A stretch of 43,509 bases of DNA from Guillardia theta CCMP2712 (lineage: Eukaryota; Protista; Cryptophyta), in NCBI RefSeq assembly GCF_000315625.1, contig NW_005434556.1, positions 44,579-88,087 on the forward strand. Reading direction: 5' to 3'. Under the pieces are notes generated by a model. That model saw only the letters and a list, made by a program, of their open reading frames with translations, searched no databases and was not told where the DNA came from. The translations under genes were made by a program, and so were the position numbers. Shown piece after piece: positions 33,660 through 43,509 of the stretch. Each line of letters opens with the position of its first letter. The first letter of the stretch is position 1.

Positions 33660-36582
33660 ATGGCGAAAGAAATGGTAATGCAAGCAAGGGGAGCAAGGAG
33701 GAGGCAGAATGGGTAGGGAGGAGGCAGGGAAGATGATGAAAGGGATGGTAAATGATGGGAGAAGGGAAGGGAAGGGAAGGGAAGGGATGGGATGGGATGA
33801 GATGGGATGGGAAGCACCCCAACTAATTCCTACGTCTCTCAGGACAAAAACAACAAACTTGAAGCTGGCGCGTTAAAGCTGAAAGAAAATCATGAATGTA
33901 GCATGTTCTCATTCACAAGGAGAATGATACACTGAGTGAAACCCAAGATCTTTCGGAAAGCATGAAATCTCTGGTATAGTTTGATGATGGAAGTTTGATG
34001 AGTAACTGAGTATACGTGTGTAAGGCGAGAGCAAAGACTGCATCGTTGTTTCGGATTTTTCTCGTGAGTTTGTTTCAATGCTCAAAGACACATGCATCAT
34101 TTCCTCCGGATCGAAGAGCAGACTCATCTTTGTCGACAGCTTCACTTTCTTTCTTTCAGATGCAACCTTTATTTGTGAACGTGGGCAATCGAACGAGGTT
34201 TTACTTCAACATGAGATTGGGCGTCTCGGAATCATTCGCAAACTTTGATCAAGCACGGATCATGTTCACAGGACCGAGTCGGACAAGCTCGATCATCACC
34301 TGGATCTCCAAGTCGCGGAGTGTCTTGGGAAGCCAGAGACAGTTCGCTTCCTCAACTTGGTTTGAAGACACAGACGAGGGGGGGCCCTGGGTCGTCGAGA
34401 AGTTGGTCTTGTATGATACGAATGCTAACGGAGTCCTGTGAGTGAGCTTCCATCCTCATCCTCATCCTCATCCTCATCCTCATCCTCATCCTCATCCTCC
34501 CTCTCCCCTTTCATCCTCATCCGCACTCTCCCCTTTCATCCTCATCCTCCCTCTCCATCCTCCCTCTCCCCTGGAGCGTTTCATTTTGTTTCCTTCTTGC
34601 CGACCAAGTCCCGTCTTATCGTTGAGATATTGATTTCTCACCTCCCATCTTCAGGTTCACCCGACAGGTCTTAGCACAAATGGCAGACAGAGTGAACTTG
34701 ACAGTGTACGTGTGGACTCAGTATATGACCAACTGCTCCGCTGTTAAGGATTCGCCATGTACCGCTAGCGGTGGTCATTGCATCGATCGACAACTCGTTG
34801 CTGGCTTGATGGTAGAATGATCTTTTCTGGAGAGCAGGAGCTCTCTTGCCTGACCGTTTCATGTGATCAGCCCATGTCTCTTTGCTCTTGCTCTGGAGAG
34901 AATCTCTGGAGTGACAGTCAGATGTGCATAGATATACAGCAGGCGGCAACGTACAACAGCCAGGGTGAGTGAAGTAGTTCCTTGCCCCTTCTATAGCTTA
35001 CAGGCCTCCAGTCGACCCGTCAAGCCCATTGCCGCAAGACATGAAACCATCATCCGGCTCGAGCCAGGTTGGGGGTCAGTGGGTTTCAAACTCTTCGAGC
35101 ACTGGTAGCTGCTAAGATAGTAATGAAGTCCGGAGAACTGATGGGATTCGCGCAGGAAATACAGTCGCAACGAGCTTGAGGGTCGACGACAGTCCTCCTA
35201 CTTCAAGTGTCGCGAACCTCCTGCAGATCTTAGGGCTCTCAGTGGTTCGTAACAGCTCAGTCTTCCCTCTCTCCCCCACTCTCTCCCTCACTCTCTCCGT
35301 TCCCCCCTAACCCCCTCTTCTCGCTCACAAGGCTACTGCAGATGATTCTGTTCCTGATCTATGCGGTGTACCTCACTTCGACACGGCTACAGGCCATCAA
35401 GCAGCTTTTCTTCTACCGCCGACCTTCCCGAGCGATGGTGAGAGGGTTGAACCCTCCTCATTCGCTTATCCTTCTGCAGCGTCGGCCGCAAGACTCCTTC
35501 TCTCACTTCGACCTGCCGCGCGTCCCCGGCAGGCAGAGCTCGTCCCTTCGGCGTTCCAGCAACTGGTGAGTGATTTCCTCTCCTTGTATCGGAGATGACC
35601 GCACTCGGGCAGGATGGATAACGACAGGAGGGAGAGGATGGATAACGACAGGAGGGAGACCTCTCGGCCAGACTTCTTTCCTACTTCATCCTCCAGGAGG
35701 CATCTCAGCGACCTTGAATCTCAACTTCCTCGGGCTTCCATGCTCCTTCCTCCTCCCCCTCCTCCCGTCTCGCTTCCTCCTCATCTCCTTCCTGGCGCGG
35801 TTCCTTCGAGGAGCACTGGAGGAAAAACAGCTGAGTGCTGCATCTGCTTCGAAGAAAGGGAGCAAGCACGCCTTCTGGTCTGCAATCTTGATCATATCTC
35901 CTCGTCCTCTCTTCTTCTCTTTCCTCTTCCTCTCTTCTTCTCTTTCCTCTTCCTCTCTTCTTCTCTTTCCTCGTCCTCTCTTCTTCTCTTTCCTCTTCCT
36001 CTCTTGTTCTCTTTGCTCGTCCTCTCTTCTTCTCTTTGCTCGTCCTCTCTTCTTCTCTTTCCTCTTCCTCTCTTCTTCTCTTTGCTCGTCCTCTCTTGTT
36101 CTCTTTGCTCCTCCTCTCTTCTTCTCTTTGCTCGTCCTCTCTTCTTCTCTTTGCTCGTCCTCTCTTGTTCTCTTTGCTCGTCCTCTCTTGTTCTCTTTGC
36201 TCGTCCTCTCTTCTTCTCTTTGCTCGTCCTCTCTTCTTCTCTTTGCTCGTCCTCTCTTGTTCTCTTTGCTCGTCCTCTCTTCTTCTCTTTGCTCGTCCTC
36301 TCTTGTTCTCTTTGCTCGTCCTCTCTTCTTCTCTTTGCTCGTCCTCTCTTCTTCTCTTTGCTCGTCCTCTCTTCTTCTCTTCCTCCTTCTCGTTGTTCGC
36401 ATTATGATGCTTCTCCCTCCTCTTTCTCCTCTTCTCCTTCCTCTGACCCGCTCGTTCAGCCGTGTGGCCATTCAGACATCTGCTACGAATGCGCAGAGCA
36501 CATCAAGAAAGCTGCTGGTTCCTGTCCCATCTGCAGAGTGAAAATCGCATCCGTTGTCCGAGTCCGCAACAGAAAGAGCTGA
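33660..36582 (+). CDS. Probable membrane-anchored RING-HC (zf-C3HC4_3-like) E3 ubiquitin ligase, multi-exon
   Basis: Splicing 35878-36459 gives CCICFEEREQARLLPCGHSDICYECAEHIKKAAGSCPICRVKI, which has canonical spacing. Hydrophobic segment MILFLIYAVYL lies at 35342. Upstream exons lie at 34160-34437 and elsewhere. The 5' extent (ATG 33660) is tentative. Confidence 0.7.
35897..36440. repeat. Pyrimidine-rich (ctctttgctcgtcctctcttctt-like) degenerate satellite in the RING intron
   Basis: Directly visible between donor 35878 and acceptor 36459. Confidence 0.85.
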
Positions 36583-36857
36583 TCTTTTGCTGTCATCTGT
36601 GATTCTTCTTCGTCCTCCCCCTCCCCCCCCTCTCTCCTCCTTGCAACTTCCTCTTCCCGTCTGTGGTCTACCCATATCACCTCTTTCTCCAAGCTCCACT
36701 TCCTCTCTTCTCCTCCTCCTCCTCCTCCTCCTCCTCTATCCCTCTCCACTTTCTTCACCCCCCTCGTCTCCCTCCTTCATCTGCTTCTTCATTCTCCGCT
36801 CAACTCATGGGGAGATCGATCGCTATGCTTCCCCCTCCCCTCTAAGGTGTGCGGTCA

Positions 36858-38147
36858 CTATCGATTTCTCTCTTGTACTTGTGCTGTAATATACACGTCC
36901 CAATGATTTAGCTCAGTCGAGGGGCAAGAAAACGACGCCGCATCCATTAATGCAGAATCGAGTGTCGACTGAAAAAATGTCGTGATGATCAGGATGTCGA
37001 GAATGACGAAGACAGAGGATGAGGAGGGGCAGAGAGAGGAGCGAGAGAGGGGCGAGAGGGAGAGAGAGAGAGGGAGGGAGGAGAGAGTGAGAGAGAGGGA
37101 GGAGGAGATCCAGCAGGAGGATGGAGCAGGCGGAGAACAGAAGATAACCTGGACAGCCATCGAAGAGGAAGCCATCGGCCCAAAGCTCTCCGTGGAAGCA
37201 GCCGCAGATCCTGCCGTCTGTTCAGGTGTGAGAAAGTTTTCAGCTCCTCCTCACCGGCACTCGACTCGCTTGCAAATGGGGTGTGAGAATGGATTGCTCA
37301 CCACCTGCCACCAGAAGTGAGGAGGAGGTGGAGGAGGAGGAGGAGGAGGAGGAGGGAGAGGAGGAGGAGGAGGAGGAGGAGGAGGAGGAGGAGGAGGANN
37401 NNNNNNNNNNNNNNNNNNNNNNNNNNNNNNNNNNNNNNNNNNNNNNNNNNNNNNNNNNNNNNNNNNNNNNNNNNNNNNNNNNNNNNNNNNNNNNNNNNNN
37501 NNNNNNNNNNNNNNNNNNNNNNNNNNNNNNNNNNNNNNNNNNNNNNNNNNNNNNNNNNNNNNNNNNNNNNNNNNNNNNNNNNNNNNNNNNNNNNNNNNNN
37601 NNNNNNNNNNNNNNNNNNNNNNNNNNNNNNNNNNNNNNNNNNNNNNNNNNNNNNNNNNNNNNNNNNNNNNNNNNNNNNNNNNNNNNNNNNNNNNNNNNNN
37701 NNNNNNNNNNNNNNNNNNNNNNNNNNNNNNNNNNNNNNNNNNNNNNNNNNNNNNNNNNNNNNNNNNNNNNNNNNNNNNNNNNNNNNNNNNNNNNNNNNNN
37801 NNNNNNNNNNNNNNNNNNNNNNNNNNNNNNNNNNNNNNNNNNNNNNNNNNNNNNNNNNNNNNNNNNNNNNNNNNNNNNNNNNNNNNNNNNNNNNNNNNNN
37901 NNNNNNNNNNNNNNNNNNNNNNNNNNNNNNNNNNNNNNNNNNNNNNNNNNNNNNNNNNNNNNNNNNNNTGCCGCTGCCCCTTCCCCTGCCCTTCCCCTGC
38001 CCCTGCCCCTGCACCTGCTCTTTCTCCTGCTGCTGCTGCTGCCCCTTCCCCTGCCCCTTCCCCTTCCCCTGCTCTTTCTCCTGCTGCTGCCGCTGCCGCT
38101 GCCCCTTCCCCTGCCCTTCCCCTACCCCTGCCCCTGCCCCTGCTCTT

Positions 38148-38179
<32 letters not shown>

Positions 38180-39562
38180 CCCTGCTCCCTCCTGTACCTG
38201 CAGCGCATTCTTCCCGTCTTCAGAACGATACTCAATGTCAGCTCCAGATATCAGAGCCTTCTTTACCTGCAAGCACATGTTACAAGTCCTGTGGCAGCAC
38301 CAGGACAATCGAACTTTGTCATAATCTCCTTCTTGAATCCCAGCAAGTAGTTCTTCGTTGAGCTCATCAGGACTCTTGCTCTTGAGGCCCAGCCAAGAAG
38401 TGATCCATGACAGGTCCGTGAGAAACCTGTTCTGAAAATCCTCCTCCTCCTCCACGATCGACAGAGCCTTTCCCACTGCCTCCTCCTCCCTCCCTGGCTC
38501 CTTTTGCGGCTCATTCTCCGGGAACTCGGAGAAGGTCATGGGATCGGCTCCCGAGTACAGCCAGTCCCTCGTCAACTCAACGTCCTCCTCCTCCTCCTTC
38601 ATGTCAGACGTCAAGTTCACCAGAGGTATCTCCGATTCATCCGCATCTCCTCCTGCTGTCTTGTTGGCTGCTGCCGCCGCCTGGCTCCGCTGCTGCTCCT
38701 CGAGCTCCTCGAAAGCTTGTCGAATCTCACTGGCGTACTCGTATGCTATCGACCCGCTCACGCTGCTGCCGTCGAACACGTTTATCTCGTGCATGAGCTT
38801 CTCGACCTCTGCATTCCCCCCCAGGGTGTAGATCTGCTTCCAGGAGTCTATCCTCGCTCTAGAAACAGTCTGTCGCATCCACTGCAGCGCCTCTCTCGCA
38901 TCCTCCGCATCCTTCTGCAGCGTCTCTGCACTCCTGAACCTCCTCCCGAAGAAGTCAATGGTGACCTCACGTTCCGCTCCCCTCGCATCGTCGTTGGACA
39001 TCTCTTCTTCATCGTACACAGGGATCCCTACAAACATGACCTTCCTCACCAGACCTCGAACCCTCCCACTCAGACGAGCAAAGGGCGAGGAAGAAGGGGA
39101 GACGCTCGGGGGGAAGGAGGACAGGAGGGGGCCATTCATCTCGATTTCCCTCCTCTCCTTCCTGATCGCCCTGCTGAAAACTTTGAACAGGACGCGCGTG
39201 TTTCTGTATGCTCGGACAACCAGAGAGGATCTGCTCAGGAACAAACCCTTCAACCACGACAGCACACTGAAAAGGATCGAGAACGGCTGAAGCAACAGCG
39301 TTTCAGCAGGACTCCTCCTCGTCCTCCTTCTGCTCTCCTGCCCTGGCCCCTGGCCCATCCTTACTTCGTTCCTCCTCTTCCCAGAAGCCCTTCTATTGGG
39401 AGATACTGGTGGTAGCTCCCAGTTGCCCCGGCCTGTCCGACAGCTCAGTTGTCCTTCCCAGCTCCATCCCTTTCCAGCAGCTTGCCACACACTCGAGCTG
39501 CATGCCGAGAAAGCGCAAAGTTCTGCCATCCTCTCCTCTCCCTCCTCCTCCTCCTCCGACAC
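36858..39562 (-). CDS. Multi-exon protein with a C-terminal ankyrin-like repeat; possibly organelle-targeted
   Basis: Long exon ~38313-39530. LNEELLAGIQEGDYDK|VKKALISGADIEYRSEDGKNALQ is ankyrin-like after removing a short intron. Further exons lie beyond the N gap. Start is uncertain. Confidence 0.6.
37399..37968. other. Assembly gap (570 N)
   Basis: N run flanked by simple repeats. Confidence 1.
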
Positions 39563-39735
39563 GATCGACCTGAAACATAGTGCTCAGTGCGACATCTTGG
39601 CTCCCTGCTCCTCTCCTCTCGTCCTCCTCCATCTCTACCTCCCTTCCTCTTTTTGATTTCTCCTCTCTCCCCATCCCTCCCTCCGCTCGCCTCGCCTCTC
39701 GTCTCCTCTCGTCTCGTCACGTCACGTCACGTCAC

Positions 39736-39831
39736 CTCTCCTCTCCTCTCCTCTCCTCTCCTCTCCTCTCCTCTCCTCTCCTCTCCTCTCCTCTCCTCTC
39801 CTCTCCTCTCCTCTCCTCTCCTCTCCTCTCC
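39736..39831. repeat. (CTCTC)n pentanucleotide microsatellite
   Basis: Perfect run of ~19 units. Confidence 0.95.
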
Positions 39832-40405
39832 TTTCCCACTGCACCAAGTCCACAGATCCTGCCATTGCGCCCTTGCAAGTTTCACATCCGCCTCAGACCT
39901 AAATATATCAATACTCTAGGACAGTAAAAATTACATAAAGGTCTTCCAGACTAGCGCAAAGTTGAAACCTTTTGTACGTCCTCCCCCACTTCCTTGTCCT
40001 CCTCCTCCTCCTGCTCCTCCTCCTCCTCCTTCTCCTTCTCCTTCTCCTTCTCCTTCTCCTCCTCCTCCTCCTCCTTCTCCTCCTTCTCCTCCTTCTCCTC
40101 CTTCTCTTACTCCTCCTCCTTTTCTCTTTCTTGTTCGCGTAATCATCCTCCCTCTCAGCCAACTTCGCTCTTCCACCAAACCACACCTCCAGCGTTGATT
40201 CTTCACCATCTCCTTCACTCCCTTCCTAGCACCACTACCTCCTCGCTCTACCTCTCTACGTCCTTCCCCTGCCCTCCTCCCTCCTGTGCTGCTGCTGTCT
40301 GCAGGCTCATCCTGAATCGTGAGCGAGTCACGGAGGAGAATGCAGCTGCTCTCCCGTCCTCCTCGAGCAGGAGGATAAGCAGGATATCCCCCGACCTCGC
40401 ACGCG

Positions 40406-41656
40406 ATGTCGTCGAGGGAGAGCGCGAGAGCAGAGGAGGAGGAGGAGGTGAAAGTCGAGATGATCTCCGACCCCTCCATGTCCTCCACCGCTTCCTCGGC
40501 TGACATTCGCAGCTGCTCCAAGCTCACCACCAGCTCCCATCTGCAGACGACGAGGAGGAGCAAGTGCAGGGATCTGCGGCCCTTCGCGTCATCGGTCGCC
40601 AGGATGCTGCGAGGAAGGGGGGCTCACCGCTGTCTTCCTCCTCTACGTCTGTCTGCATCTCCTGGCAGCAGCGGTCATCGAATGGCAGCGCGCCTCCGGC
40701 ATTATCATGACTCTCCTCGTCTGCGGGTGCGGGGTGGCGCTACATGGAGCGTACAGGAGGCACGAGCTCTTGCTGAGAAGCAGGCTGTACCGGTCCAGCG
40801 CGCTGACCTTGAGGCTGCTGGGGTGGGTCTGGACGATGCCAGTGGGAGTCTCGGTGATACTGTTGCTGGCTGGGCTGGCGAGGCGGCCGGAAGGAGGAAG
40901 TGCGGTGCTGGGGATGATGGCAAGTGTAGGGGCATGCGCCGCCATGTCGAGAGACGTCAGGAAGGTGAAGTGGAAGACAGTTGTCATAGGACTGTCCTTA
41001 CAAGTCATCTTCGCTTTCATCAACTTGCGGACTGAGGCTGGGAAGTCTTTCTTTGCAAGTTTGGGGAGAGGAGTAGAGGAGTTCTTGTCGTTCAGCTACG
41101 TCGGGTCGGACTTTGTTTTCTCCCAGCAGCTGTCAACACAAGCTTTCATTGGGTTCCGAGTACTCCCTGCGATCGTCTTCTTCAGCAGCTTCTCGTGCAT
41201 CCTGTTCTATCTCGGGTGGTTGCAGGTGAGATGGTGGTGGTTGCGTTTGACTGGTCCTGACTTTTACTTGCAAGGTTGTCGTCCATGTTCTGGGAGGTTT
41301 CATGCAGAAGATGATGGGTATGAAAGTGAAAATGACATCTGCTAAACATAGAACCACTGATGTTCCTGTTGTAAACTGTCCTATCATGTTGACTTGTTGT
41401 TTGCCTATCAACTGTATTGTTGACAACCATTGTTTGTCTTGGTAGATGTTCACCTGATAGTGACTACTGTTCTGCCTTCTCGTCTCTGTCAGGAACATCT
41501 CATCTGGAGAGCGTCTGTGCTGCAAGCAACATCTTCCTAGGACAGACTGAAGCGCCGCTGCTGATCGCACCATACCTTCCATGCGCAAAAGAGTGAGTGA
41601 GGAGGAGGAAGGATGGTGACGATGACGGTGATGATGAGGATGAGGATGAGGATGAG

Positions 41657-41689
<33 letters not shown>

Positions 41690-43509
41690 GATGATGATGA
41701 TGATGTTCTTGANNNNNNNNNNNNNNNNNNNNNNNNNNNNNNNNNNNNNNNNNNNNNNNNNNNNNNNNNNNNNNNNNNNNNNNNNNNNNNNNNNNNNNNN
41801 NNNNNNNNNNNNGAGAGGAGGAGGAGGAGAAGGAGGTGGTGGTGGTTCTGACACTGAGCAGTTCTGAGCTTCACTCCATTATGACCTCGGGGTTCTCGAC
41901 GCTGGCGGGAGGAGTTCTTGCGGCATACATCTCCATCGGGATCTCATCGGTTCATCTCATCAGTGCAAGCGTGATGAGGTGTGGAGAGGGAGAAAGAAGA
42001 GAGGAGGAGGGAGAGGAGGAGGTGAAGGAGGAGGAGGAGGAAGAGGAGGAGGAGGTGAAGGAGAAGGAGGAGATGAAGGAGGAGGAGGAGGAGGCGGAGG
42101 AGGAGGGAGAGGAGGAGGCGGAGGAGGGAAGGCAGGCAGGATGAGGGGAGGTAGGAAGGGGACGGGGAAAGGGAATCAATATGGATTATCGAGTAGTTGA
42201 CGACTCGGTGTAGGGGGGCAGGACGGGGAGGGAAACAAGAGGAGGAAGGAGAAGTGAAACTTGATGGTGTTAATCATGTCAATTGTAATGGTGCTGATCA
42301 TATCAATTGTAATAGTGTTGATCATCGTAACTCTAATAGTGTTATTCATATCAACTGTAATGTGTTGATCATCTTAACTCTAATAGTGTTATTCATATCA
42401 ACTGTAATGTATTGATCATCATAACTCTAATAGTGTTATTCATATCAACTGTAATGTGTTGATCATCGTAACTCTAATAGTGTTATTCATATCAACTCTA
42501 ATGGGGCTGCTGTTTTAGTGCTCCTGCAGCATTGGCTTTCTCCAAGATCGCGTATCCATCGGATGTCAATGAAGAGAAGACTGCAGTAGAAGAAGGTTCT
42601 GACGCACTTGAAACGTCTGCTGGATAGTTGTGATGTTTGCAAACAGTCGAAGATGCGTTGGGGAAGACAAGTGACAGCGACCTTGAAGGGATTGGAAAGG
42701 ACAACGGGAGAAGTTTAGAGGAGAAAGATGTTGAGATTGGAGCAAACACCATAGAGGAGGATGAAGAGCCTTTCATGAGATCGAGCGAAGAGGAGAAATG
42801 TCAACCGCAGGAACAAGACAACCTGCTGTCTGCAGCAGCGACGGGGGTCATGAGGGGAGTGCACGTTGCTGCTGTTGTGGGGTGAGAGAAATGTTTTCTT
42901 CCTCTTGCTCAACATGTCAGGCTTCAGATGCTTCTGACTTGTTCAAATTCCTTCATCTAGTCTGTGTTTTCTATGATTGTCCTGCTCCCGCTCCCGCTCC
43001 TCCTCCTCCTCCTCCTCCTCCTCCTCCTCACATTCTCCTCCTCTCGTCCTCTCCTTTTCTCCCTTTCTCCTCTTCGCTTGCTTTATCTTCTTCTTCTCTC
43101 TTCTCACGATGATCTACAGCGGAATGCTGATCGCGTTTCTGGGGCTCGAAGCGGCGATGGACTCGTTCATCTCGTGGTGCAATTTGACAGCCGTCCATGT
43201 GCGAACAAGAACTGAAAGATGAACAACAGGTGGTTCAGTCTGATTGGAATTGAGAACGTCGATCTGAAAAAGGTTCTACACTTATCTGATATTCCATGGT
43301 TTCATCATGTTCTAAGCACCACCAAAATCCTCATCCTCCTCCTCCTCCTCCTCCTCATCATCATCATCATCATCATCATTGACTTCTCTCAGCTCTTCGG
43401 CATTCTCTTCTGGCTGCCGTCTTGGCTCATCGGCATCCCCGCGAGGTTGTTTGACAAGTTTGACAAGTTTGCACCTTCTTGACGTCAGAGTACAGAGATT
43501 GTCAACAGG
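40406..43509 (+). CDS. Concentrative nucleoside transporter (SLC28/CNT/NupC family), multi-exon, truncated by the window end
   Basis: Family motifs VKWKTVVIGLSLQVIFA, VLPAIVFFSS, NIFLGQTEAPLLIAPYL, SELHSIMTSGFSTLAGGVLAAY, HLISASVMS|APAALAFSKIAYP and MLIAFLGL. Confidence 0.93.
41713..41812. other. Assembly gap (100 N)
   Basis: N run inside a CNT intron. Confidence 1.
42302..42500. repeat. 47-bp AT-rich minisatellite (~4 copies) in a CNT intron
   Basis: Unit tcaactgtaatgtgttgatcatcgtaactctaatagtgttattcata starts at 42351, 42398 and 42445, with degenerate copies upstream. Confidence 0.9.

Noticed and set aside
37283-38350. ORFs spanning N gaps, and poly-E/S/L/R ORFs throughout the flanks
   Set aside because: Artefacts of assembly gaps and GAG/CTC microsatellites.

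Overview
Intron-rich eukaryotic nuclear DNA, GAG/CTC-microsatellite rich with short GT-AG introns. The composition and domain types suggest a cryptophyte alga, which is inference only. Left flank: an uncharacterised multi-exon minus-strand gene (~1-3730) and a CEP162/QN1-like centriolar coiled-coil gene (minus, ~4042-9810). Right flank: a probable membrane-anchored RING E3 ligase (+), an ankyrin-repeat gene (-) and an SLC28/CNT nucleoside transporter (+, runs off the window). Between two divergently transcribed genes lies a 23.4-kb head-to-tail array (~10074-33445) of six 3.1-4.0 kb units plus a partial seventh. Each unit carries an intact minus-strand gene built on a 54-bp/18-aa Cys/His zinc-binding minisatellite (CxHxRxRxxCKECGGASI). 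The seven paralogues have 12, 15, 11, 10, 3, 14 and 9 repeats. Every copy has a different repeat order, and variation is concentrated at five residues (positions 2, 4, 6, 8, 9) between fixed cap repeats, an architecture reminiscent of TALE, PRDM9 and VLR. Each unit also carries a captured piece of the neighbouring CEP162 coding sequence. The array shows alternating C-termini and signs of a period-4 higher-order structure. No transposase, RT, Rep/helicase, rRNA, tRNA or CRISPR could be supported.
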